From: Neophaeotheca triangularis
Taxonomy: Eukaryota
Length of the DNA: 64,000 nucleotides
Assembly: GCA_054600435.1 (NCBI GenBank)
Contig: BAAIJX010000001.1
Location: forward strand, 186,001 to 250,000
Direction: 5' to 3'
Part shown: positions 46,889 through 56,778 of the stretch, one piece after another
Layout: each line of letters begins with the position of its first letter
Position numbering within the stretch: position 1 is the first letter of the stretch
The notes under the pieces: model-generated
What the model saw: the letters and a program-made list of their open reading frames with translations, nothing else
Database searches by the model: none
What the model was told of the DNA's origin: nothing
Position numbers and translations under genes: made by a program

Positions 46889-48277
46889 ATGTCCGCACCT
46901 AGTCGGACCCTCATTCAAGAACGCTACGACGAAGACACAACCAGACCCGCCGAAGACTTTCACACTCCTTCTCGGTCACTCCTTCCCCCAGCTTTCTACA
47001 TCACTCCTTCTACAAGCTATGGCGGACTCTACCAAGGAATGTCCTCAAACCAACACTACGTTTATCCCCCTCAAGCAAGCCAAGCCGCCCCCACCCCTTA
47101 CAACATCAACCAGACCTCGACAGCAGACTTCAGCAACATCAACGATGCCAACGTCGTCAGCTTCGCCCACCAAACGTTGGAAGGAAGCCCCACACCCGCT
47201 CCCCGCCCAAAGCAAGCCCAGGTCAAGAAGTTCCCTTGCACTTGGGAAGGTTGTTTCCGCATGTTCACCTGCCCCCACAATGTCGAGCAGCACATCCGTG
47301 AGAAGCACACAGGCGAGCGCCCCCACAAGTGTGATGAGTGCCCGGCCAGCTTCCCACGTCCTTACTCCTTGAACCGTCATGTCTTGAGCGTGCATGGAAG
47401 GAGGATCGGTCCAGGGCGTGGGAAGGGACAGTCGACTAAGACGGATCGCAGGGCCAAGAAGATTGAGAAGAGAAAAATGAAGCAGCAGAACGCTGGGGCC
47501 CTGCAGGAGCAGCCCTCCTTACCTTCGCAGTGTAGCTTCTCAGGCTCGCCTGCGGATGTCGCGGCTCGCGATTCGGAGGCCTCAGCTTTTGACGAGCAGC
47601 AGTATCCAGTTCAAGACGGAATCTACGCATCCGGTGATGGTTTCGACCCTGCTCTGTACGACTTCGGTACCGACGAGTTCGGCACAAACGACTTCGACCA
47701 AGATGCCTTTGACCCAAACGCCTTCGACGCAAACGCATTCGACATCAACCACTTCCACGCGAGCATGGAGGACACCAACATGCACGACATCGTCAACCCC
47801 GTCGACACCTACCTACCGCCTGCGTTGACTGCTCAACTGCCTCCTGCCTACACTGGACAATTTCCTGTCGAGGTCAACCAACAACAACCTCCACCCCAGC
47901 CCTACGCATCATCCCAGCCTATGGACCAGACAAACGCCGACAAGCACCCCTCCATCAGCTCCAACAACAATGATATCGAGCTACCCGCAATCTCTGGCCT
48001 CACCATCAACGAAGAACCCTCCCAGCAGGGCCCAGTCGCTTGCATCATGTGCGTCGAGGTCTTCGGCGACGACCAAGATGTGCTCGAACACTTGCACACA
48101 GTGCACGGCTTCGAGAGAGGCGCGCACTGTCATTGCAGTGGTTGCAAGTTGTTGGTGGAGATGCAGAGGATGGATGCTGCCAGGGTTGAAGAAGGCATGG
48201 CGGGCCAGATGAGCACGGACGGGGTTGATGGTGAGGCGGAACCTGATTGGGAGGCGATGATGGAGGATGGAATCTGA
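46889..48277 (+). CDS. C2H2 zinc-finger transcription factor
   Basis: CTWEGC...HIREKH-TGERPH-KCDEC...HVLSVH tandem fingers, basic NLS-like stretch, acidic-aromatic repeats and a third C-terminal finger. Start at MSAPSR (46889). Confidence 0.8.
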   Translation: MSAPSRTLIQERYDEDTTRPAEDFHTPSRSLLPPAFYITPSTSYGGLYQGMSSNQHYVYPPQASQAAPTPYNINQTSTADFSNINDANVVSFAHQTLEGSPTPAPRPKQAQVKKFPCTWEGCFRMFTCPHNVEQHIREKHTGERPHKCDECPASFPRPYSLNRHVLSVHGRRIGPGRGKGQSTKTDRRAKKIEKRKMKQQNAGALQEQPSLPSQCSFSGSPADVAARDSEASAFDEQQYPVQDGIYASGDGFDPALYDFGTDEFGTNDFDQDAFDPNAFDANAFDINHFHASMEDTNMHDIVNPVDTYLPPALTAQLPPAYTGQFPVEVNQQQPPPQPYASSQPMDQTNADKHPSISSNNNDIELPAISGLTINEEPSQQGPVACIMCVEVFGDDQDVLEHLHTVHGFERGAHCHCSGCKLLVEMQRMDAARVEEGMAGQMSTDGVDGEAEPDWEAMMEDGI

Positions 48278-49012
48278 GTTTCACTGAGAAGAGTTGCAGC
48301 GTTCCTGGGGGATTGTCGGCAAGCTTGGTCTTGTCTCGGTTGGGGATCGAGGGATTTGGAGTGCGTTGTCCGTTGGAGCATCAGCAGGCGTTAAGGAGGC
48401 AGGATTTCTTCGGGATATACCAATGGTCGTCTACTGGCGGGACACGCAGGAGGAAGGCAAATTTCTTTTGTCACCAAGATATCGACCATCAGCAGGCTTA
48501 GAATATATCGCCTAGTTAATCGAACATGTTGATTCGGCTGTCTTCTCGCAATGTGGCCAATAGTGAGCGGATTGATTCGGAACGTGTGTCTTACAGTCCA
48601 TAACTGCAAGACAAGTCGAACTTCAAAGCTAGCATCAGTTCTTTGCTGTTTTCTTTGCTCTTGACATATCGCTGGCCTGGCATCTCCCATGGCGATGGAA
48701 CTAAAGTGCCCTCGCCAGGACAGCTAGAGGTGAAGCTGGAAGGCCACCTAATAATCTCAGAATCCTTGACGCTCGCCTGTACCTAGGTAGACGCTCTCAA
48801 GGCTCTCTGTTGATCGCGAACAAGGGCAGTTCCACCTGCCAAAATAGGAGCTGGTTCGAACGACTTTTAGTGCTACAAACCCCTTTGCAGATAGAGAAGG
48901 TAAAAGTCGGGCTGGAGCTGGAACCGGAAAGTCTTTGAGAGAGTTTGAAATACATATGACGTAGTAGTAGTACCGCGGCTGGCCCAAACCACCTTCAACA
49001 AACACGCTCTCT

Positions 49013-51653
49013 CTATTTCCTCCCCTGCTTCTTCTTCAGCCTCTTCTCCGCCCTGACATCCTTCTTCAATCTCGGATCCACCATCTTATACTTACCCTTG
49101 ACACCCCTCGGCCTGCCTTTACCCTTGTTCGCACCTCCAGCCCTGATAACCTTGACCGGAGGCTTCTTCTTCCCGCCCTTCTTCGCCTTGGCCATCAGCT
49201 CCGTAACCTTGTTCGCCTTGTCCCGCTCCGTCATATCGCCTTCCTCCACCAAGCCCTCGGACTTCTTCTTCAGCTTCTCTAGCCTGCGGGCAGTGCGCAT
49301 TGTCTTCCTTGCCTTGGCTTCACGAACCTTCTTGATTGGGCGAGCGTTCAAGGCGCGGAGTTTGTCTTTAATGGCAGCTGCGCCTTCGGCCGAGATGGGT
49401 CGCTGGGGACGCGCGTGCTTGTTTTCGTCGTCGAGGAACCATTCCGGTAGACCGTCGACATCACGGAGGGAGTACTTGTTGAAATTGTCGTCGAGGAGCT
49501 GGCTCTTGCTCACTTGGCCTGTGGCCAGCTGGTGGGCCAATGTCATAGCTTCGGCTGTGATGATGTCAATATTTGGCCGGCCTTCTGTTTCGGTTGCCGG
49601 GCGGTTTTGGTCGGTATCAGAGCCCCAGTCGTCGTCAGGGTCGGGGGAGGCATCTCTGGCCACCTCCTCGATTTCCGAGTCAGAGGCGTCGGAGTCCGCT
49701 TGAAGTGTTTTGTCATCCTTGGCGGCATTGGCCTGAGTAGTTGCGGTAGTGGAGGCTCTGACAGGCGGAGAACCAGAAGAGCCAGAGCCAACGTCGATAC
49801 CGCTGTCCCTCTCCTTCTCTACATCGCTCTCAGCGCCCTCATCGAGACCTCCAATATCCTTGAAGATATCCTGCTCGAAGAAATTGGCAGCCCTTCTTGT
49901 CAAACCGTCCTTGCCTTTGCCTGTAGGTTGTAGGTCGGTTATCAAGCCACTCCCTTCGCCCGCCTCGGATGCTCTATCCTCATCATCGTCATCTTCCTCA
50001 AGATCGTCGTCGCTACTGTCCTCGGAGGCAGACTTCTCCTTCTCGTCACCGGAAAATCCCTCAAATTCGTCATCATCGCCCCTTGTCTCTCGTCTCACAC
50101 GTTTCGCACGAGCCTTGGTGTCTCTACTCTCGCGCTTTTCCTGGTATTGTTGGTACATGCCATCCAGCTCCCTCTCAAGCAGGTCTCCATCTTCATCATC
50201 AGCTTCCTCTTCGCTCTCCTCTTTCTTCTCGGGCTCCACAGCGGTATGCATTCGGCCTCTCGCAATGTCTCGCTGGACGCCGGCTCGGTCTACATCCCTC
50301 AGCCTGAACGTGTTCTCGCCATGGTCGGCAGCTTCGATACCGACTTGTGAGTCCGTTGTCATGTTCATTTGCATGCGAACGATCTCCCGATGTTTCCGCT
50401 CGTTTTCTTTTTTGCGGTCCTTGCGTTTCGCCTTGTTTTGCCCCTCCTTCATGCGTTGAATCTCCTCCTGTAATCGCATCTCATCGTCCATGGATTCGAC
50501 GGTCGCCACCTCCTCGCCCGTCGCACCTTGCGTCTGCTCCTCTTCTGCCTTCTTCTTCTCTTCCTCGGCCTGAGCCTTCGTAGGCTGCTTCTTTTGACGG
50601 AACCCTAAGATCTCTCTAGCCTTCAGGCGCCATCTCAGCAAGAGCTTGAAGTCCCTGCGACCGAGAACTTTGAGATCGTCGCAGCAGTCTCGTATTTCCT
50701 GCGTAGTTTCTGGGAGTCTTGCCAGCGTGGCTTGCGCAATGTCGCCATTACCGTCTTGTCTGAAGTGTAGCTTATTCAGACTGCCCAGCATGGCGATAGG
50801 GTCCTGAGTTTCCACAAAATCGCTGGCCCTCTTCTCGTGGAACTGCGTCCAATCGCCCTCCTCGTAACCCTCCCTCTTTCTCTTCTTCTTCTCCGGGTTG
50901 AAAACCTTGGCTTCGTTGTTCGGCGTGGCGTCGGCAACTTCAGCAAAGGCGTATTGAGGGTCCAAGAATTTTGGGTCCAAGTGTTTGGGTGCCTTGTACC
51001 CTCGGCAGACGTAGAAGGTCTCGGCGGAAACGTTTCTCGAGGATGGCGGCTTGGTTTGTTCGACGCGAGTAAAAAGCTGCTTGAAGACCCATTCTAGCTT
51101 CGCAGAGTCTTTGCTTCTAAAGACCTTTGTCACAAAGCAACCATTCGGCGCCAGGAACTCAGTCGCCAGCTTCAGGGAGGCAAGCACCAGCTCGTTTTGA
51201 GAGAAGGCATCCTGCACCCAGGCAGTACCAACGTTCGGCGCACCGTCGTGAATCACGCAGTCGGCCTTCCATGTCTTGAGGTGGCCTCTGATGGTTGTCC
51301 GACACTTGTCGGTGGTGATATCGCCCTGGAACGAGATTGCTCGAGGTATAGGCTTAATTGGCGTTAGATCGACACCAACAATCAAGCTCTTGACTGGCAT
51401 AGTCTCGGCGGCGACCTGCATCCATGATCCGGGCGCGGCACACAGATCGATCAAACATCTTGACTGCTGGAGGAAGCCGAACTTCTTGTTCAGTTGAATG
51501 AGCTTGAAGGCGGCGCGGGCTCTGTAGCCCTTTTCTTTGGCAAGGTAGTAGTAACGATCCAAGCGCGCTTTCGCGTGCTATTATGTACTGTCAGCTCGAT
51601 GTTCCACCACTAGAAAAGAGAGATAAAATACCAACCTTCTTCTGAATACCCAT
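49013..51653 (-). CDS. SPB1: 27S pre-rRNA 2'-O-methyltransferase Spb1 (FtsJ family)
   Basis: 18-nt exon 1 (MGIQKK, 51653-51636), intron, then exon 2 from 51577. [55 protein letters not shown] and GKYKMVD motifs. Confidence 0.97.
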
Positions 51654-51984
51654 GTTGCCTCAAGGTGGGACAAAGAGAACAACAGAGGGTGATGTTGTGA
51701 GGTCGACAGGTTCGACCTGTTGCAGGAAAAAAGTCGGAGAAGTAAGTCGAACTCTTGGCAAGAAAGGCAACGCAGAGATAAGATAAGATGACCGTCTTTC
51801 CACTTGCGATCGCGCGTGCCCGGTTATCGCCCAGTGACGTCTCGTCCCGTGGTGTCGAAGCCTGCGACAACTCGACCACGACCATGCCTACGATGGAGAT
51901 TCTTTGACGTAGGCAGTTCGCATGTCAAGGGACTGTACCCTACCATACCCGACTTTGCCCCAACTCATTAACCCTCTGTCCCCC

Positions 51985-54885
51985 ATGGCGCCTGTACGGA
52001 AGAAAAGCAAGCCCAACACGGACCCGGATACTCCAAATGGACAGGCATCCCGAGACCAATCGGGTCAGGATGTACAGAAGGAATCAACAACAAAAACACA
52101 CCCAACAGACGCAAAATCTGCAGAAGAGCCGCAGGATCCTCACACCGACGTCACCGCATCTAAGCCGCCTCAAAGTAATCGCAGTAGCTGGTACTCTACG
52201 GCATCATGGCGGTCCAAAGCCTCCCCAGTAGCTCAAGTCGCTAGGGAATCCATATCCGTTGCCCAAGGCGCGACTTCCGAGGCATTAGCTGAAAGTGGAA
52301 GGCAGATCTCTGAGGCATCTTCTAGACCGGGACAGTACATGAGTAAGAGTATGAGAGGGAGCAGGAAGAGCATTCCGTTGGCGGCAGAGGCGACGAGGGT
52401 GCATGCTACAAGTGATGCTGGAGATCAGAGTAGACCACGGCAAAACTCGGCCAAGAGCTTTAGGGGTATGGATGGGGGCAATGAAAGCAAAGAGGCCCAG
52501 GAGGAGCCTAAACTTGTGTCCGAGACCGCGCCTTTACCCCCGGAGCCGCCTGTGCAGCCCACCATTGAGGAAGAGTCAAAGAGCGACGCTGGAAGTGTCG
52601 AACAACCTTCAAAACCGCAGCAGCCTACTTCTTGGTTCGGCTGGTGGTCCAGACCCGACGGATACGACGCTGGAAACGAGAAAGGAAGGCAGAATGCAAC
52701 GAAACAAGAAGCGACTGAGACACCTCTACCGAGCGATGGTGAAGAAGCGCAATCATCGGTCGAGCCAGGACAGGACTTGCCTGCGGGCGTAGGCCATGGG
52801 CCTGAAATGATAACAGACACGGCTGCGGAACAGGGCGCAAAGCTTCAGCCAGAAGCAAGTGTTAACCAGTCGTACACACGATCCTGGTTCGGACTTTGGA
52901 GCAACGCGCAGTACGATCAATCCAAACGTGAGGACACTGCAAAGGAGCCAGAGCCTTCGCCGAAAGCCGCACCTGTTGCCCCAGAGGTCACAGTATCTGC
53001 AGAGCCTGAGACCGCGGCTCAAGACAAGAACGACAGCGATACATCTACGCAGAATACCAACAGACCTGATAGTAACGAAGAACGGCCCAGGTCTTCTGGT
53101 TGGGCATTTTGGTCTACTGACAGACCAAAAGAAGCGGCACCTACACCAGGGGGCACACAGAAACAGGTTGGTGAGCTAGCAGTCGCAGATACACCCTCAC
53201 AGTCACATCCAGAAGCCGCACAGTTTAATGAGCAACGAGAGGATCAGAGTTCAGCGCAATCTACTGCCAAGCGTACTGCGTCGCTACTCAGACCCAAACG
53301 AGGCCGGACTGATCAGGAGACTGGCAAAGCGTCGCCTGGCGCCTCATCTGCAGTGACGCCGGCCAGCTCAAGGGTAGTCACACCAGCAGAGACACCATCT
53401 GCAACACCTCCACGGGAAGCATCGGAGGCTCCAAAGCCGGTTCCACGCGGCAAACAGCCGCAGACGAAACCCAACCTCATCTTGCCAGCGTTTCATGATG
53501 TCTACCGACCTGCGCTAAATCCGGGCTATCTCGAACGCATAGGAAGCTACGTCGCTCAAAGCCTACGAATACCGGGTTCACAAATTCAACCACCGCCGCT
53601 TCATGCTTCGATTGCACCTTCGCCACACAAGGTACGGCGCGCTATCGCGCTTGGTATCCACGGTTTCTTCCCGATGCCCTTGATCCAGAAAGTCCTCGGT
53701 CAGCCTACAGGCACCAGCATTCGTTTCGCCAACTACGCTGCGACTTCGATCAAGACCTGGGCTGACGAGCGTCAACCTGAGGTAAAAGACCTAGAAATCG
53801 AGAAAGTGGCTCTTGAAGGCGAAGGCTATATTGCTGATCGCGTCTCCACCCTCTGGAAACTCTTGCTCAACTGGCTCTCGCATTTACGGCAGGCCGACTT
53901 CATCCTCGTCGCATGTCACTCTCAAGGCGTCCCGGTCTCGTGTATGCTGGTAGCGAAACTGATACAACTCGGTTGCCTGAGCCCGAATGTGCGTGTTGGC
54001 ATCTGCGCCATGGCCGGCATCAACCTCGGTCCTTTTCCAGAATACAAGTCTCGCCTATTCGGTGGCAGCGCTCTAGAACTGTTCGATTTTGGTGATTCGA
54101 GCTCAAAAGTCTCGAAAGCATACACCGAATCACTCGAACTTTGCCTGCGACACGGCGTCCGAGTAACCTTTGTCGGCAGCTTAGACGACCAGTTAGTCAG
54201 TCTGGAGAGCTCTCTGTACACGCCTCTGAGCCATCCCTACGTCAGCCGTGCAACTTTCATCGACGGCCGGCTGCACACTCCTAATTTTCTAACCCACCTC
54301 GTGGTCTTCGCACTCAAGCTTCGCAACCGTGGCATCAGCGATCACGGCCTCGTGCGCGAACTCAGCGGACCCTTGGCGGGCAGTCTCGTGGGCGGCGAGG
54401 GGCATAGTCGCGTCTACGACGACCCGGCAGTATACCGTTGGGCCATCGACTTTGCGCTCGAGAGCACCGACGTAGTAGCTCCACCTGCACCACCTGCTCC
54501 TACGCCAGCGTCGAATGTACAATCCACCGCGGCACAGAAGAAGCAAGCTTTCGACGACGCAGCCGCCAAGAGGTCTTCGCTTGGAGGCCCTCCGTCCACG
54601 CTGGCGGCTGCAAACAGCATCCGGCGCGGTTCTGTCGCTACTTCGACGACGCTGCCAGGTATTGCGCCTGTTATACAGGTCTACACTCCTCCGCCTACTA
54701 GCAGCAATGCGAACCCATTCTACCTACCGTGGGCAGTCAGAGGTATGTTGGAGGAAGCGGCTGTGAAGCAGGACTTCCAGGATGAGGTGAAGGAGCTCGT
54801 TGAGGAGTTCGAGGCGTGGAAACCTACCAGCAAGGTCTTGAAAGATGTGCGCTGGAGACTGGAGGGCGTAAGAAGCATGCTTTAA
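51985..54885 (+). CDS. Conserved fungal YML020W-like protein (disordered N-terminus, C-terminal alpha/beta-hydrolase-like domain)
   Basis: ALGIHGFFP, GQPTGTSIRFA, IEKVALEGEG, VACHSQG nucleophile-elbow-like motif, GSLDDQLVSLESS, GEGHSRVYDD and NPFYLPWA motifs. Confidence 0.8.
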   Translation: MAPVRKKSKPNTDPDTPNGQASRDQSGQDVQKESTTKTHPTDAKSAEEPQDPHTDVTASKPPQSNRSSWYSTASWRSKASPVAQVARESISVAQGATSEALAESGRQISEASSRPGQYMSKSMRGSRKSIPLAAEATRVHATSDAGDQSRPRQNSAKSFRGMDGGNESKEAQEEPKLVSETAPLPPEPPVQPTIEEESKSDAGSVEQPSKPQQPTSWFGWWSRPDGYDAGNEKGRQNATKQEATETPLPSDGEEAQSSVEPGQDLPAGVGHGPEMITDTAAEQGAKLQPEASVNQSYTRSWFGLWSNAQYDQSKREDTAKEPEPSPKAAPVAPEVTVSAEPETAAQDKNDSDTSTQNTNRPDSNEERPRSSGWAFWSTDRPKEAAPTPGGTQKQVGELAVADTPSQSHPEAAQFNEQREDQSSAQSTAKRTASLLRPKRGRTDQETGKASPGASSAVTPASSRVVTPAETPSATPPREASEAPKPVPRGKQPQTKPNLILPAFHDVYRPALNPGYLERIGSYVAQSLRIPGSQIQPPPLHASIAPSPHKVRRAIALGIHGFFPMPLIQKVLGQPTGTSIRFANYAATSIKTWADERQPEVKDLEIEKVALEGEGYIADRVSTLWKLLLNWLSHLRQADFILVACHSQGVPVSCMLVAKLIQLGCLSPNVRVGICAMAGINLGPFPEYKSRLFGGSALELFDFGDSSSKVSKAYTESLELCLRHGVRVTFVGSLDDQLVSLESSLYTPLSHPYVSRATFIDGRLHTPNFLTHLVVFALKLRNRGISDHGLVRELSGPLAGSLVGGEGHSRVYDDPAVYRWAIDFALESTDVVAPPAPPAPTPASNVQSTAAQKKQAFDDAAAKRSSLGGPPSTLAAANSIRRGSVATSTTLPGIAPVIQVYTPPPTSSNANPFYLPWAVRGMLEEAAVKQDFQDEVKELVEEFEAWKPTSKVLKDVRWRLEGVRSML

Positions 54886-55073
54886 TTTCATTTTATTTTG
54901 TTGTTGTTCTTCTTCGGATGGCGATTGGAATTTTTCAGCGAGGCGTTTGGGGTAGGGACTTTTGTCAAGAGGCGGCGTCCCTCGGGTCAACAATTGGAAG
55001 AGTTGTGGAAAATCCTAGACACTTTACAACGCACATACATTAATTAAGCGCAATACCCCCGTTAGACTGTGCT

Positions 55074-56046
55074 CTACGCGTTCTTTTTCTCCTCCAGTCC
55101 GCGCATCACTTTGCGTCTCTGCGCCATCATATGCGTGAACAAGATGTACGAGCCTGTTAAAGACGATGTTAGCAATGGACCTCGAAATTGGTTGAGCATG
55201 TTTGTTTGCAGCGCCTTACCCGGAATGTACACAAACAGTATCAACTTCAAAGCCCACTCCAAACCAGGGTGATACCACTTGGCAGGCTCAATGGCCAGAT
55301 AGACCAGGTAGCACTCGCTACTGATACCCAGCGGATAGAGGACGAAAAATGCGTTGTACCTGTAACCAGCAAACCGTCAGCACCAAGACTCATCCTCAAT
55401 CCGCACTTCCCATCCAATCCATTACAGCCCAAACCGACCCAGAAAGTAAAAAGCAAACTCACCTCAACCAAACCAACCACCCGGGCACCCTATCACTCCC
55501 ATACCCAATCCCGACAGCAAAAAAAGCATACCGCACACACTCCGTCACACTCCAAGCCAATACCAGCGTCACAAAAGCCGTGGCCCCCTCCGGCAACCAC
55601 TCCCAGCCGCCACCAAGCCTCGAACTCCCATCCAGCGAAGTGAAAGTCTCAAAAACCCTGCCATTCACCAGGACCTTGCCTCCATTGACCACGGCCGGGA
55701 ACTGGTATAATATCCCCCAAACGAGTAAGAGGCGGCTGGCGACTTGCATGGCTGTGGTGGTAACGGCGGCGCGGACGAGACCGAAGAGGGCGTGGAGGAT
55801 TTCGAGGCACGCGAGGGTCTGGGTCGTGCGGAGGAAGGGGTTGATGGACTGGAAGGTTTTTTGGCGGCCGTGGAGCGGGAGGATTAGGAGGAGCCGGCCC
55901 AGGATGCTGGCCCAGAGGATTAGGCTGCCTGCGTTGTAGAGGAGGAGGTAGAGGGAGGTTAGGCTGGGGGGTTTTTCCGTTGGTTGGGTTGCGGGTTCCG
56001 TTGTTGATGCTGCACTTTTGCGCTGGGGCTGTTTGGCGGTGGCCAT
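55074..56046 (-). CDS. PHS1: Very-long-chain 3-hydroxyacyl-CoA dehydratase (PTPLA family)
   Basis: Exons 56046-55463, 55359-55220, 55153-55074. TAMQVASR, AWSVTECVRY, WLR|YNAFFVLYPLGISSE and YIPG|SYILFTHMMAQRRK motifs. Confidence 0.93.
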
Positions 56047-56778
56047 GGTGGTGCTTTGCGATATGGATACGTTTGGGAAATTCTGCGTGTAGTGGTTTGT
56101 GGTGTTATCGCTGGTACGACAAAAGTTCAACGTTGGTGGTTGAAGCTGGCCTCTCCCACGTGGGTCGTGCTCGGGTGAAGTCGTTCCTGCATTAGCGGCG
56201 ACTTGTCTGCTCAAACTCTTGCCCTGACAACGATCCCGGCGGCAAGGTTGACGGTTTCTGAGCGGTCGTCTACCCTCAGTAATAGTGGCATATTGTGGTT
56301 CGCATTGACTATTCGTCGACCTTCTGTTCTTGCTTAGCGACTAGACGGATAAAATTGCATTGAGGTACTTTGAAGGACAGGCCTTTACTCCTCGGCAAGC
56401 CACCTGCACTCTTGAACTCCCAGTGCGTGAATCTCAATGTACTGACCACGGGAAAACGCCTTGTACATACGACAATGCTGAAGATCATTGGAAGGCTCTC
56501 AACTCGCTAGTAACTCCTCCAACGGGGTATATCGATGCCTGCCTCCGTCATTCAACCCGCCCGTGTATGCAGGCGACTGCTCCAAGTACTTCCTTGTTCC
56601 TTACCAAAGAGGCAATCCGCGTCTCGCTGGACCATGCCCGCTCGCATGTATGCAAAGTATTGGGCTCTTTTGCACAGAAAAATTACAGCAGACTGTCACT
56701 GCGCTCTATTCCCACGTTTCTCTAAAATTCCTCGTCATAACTCAATGCTGAAGCTCGTCTCGAAACACCTTTCCCCAC

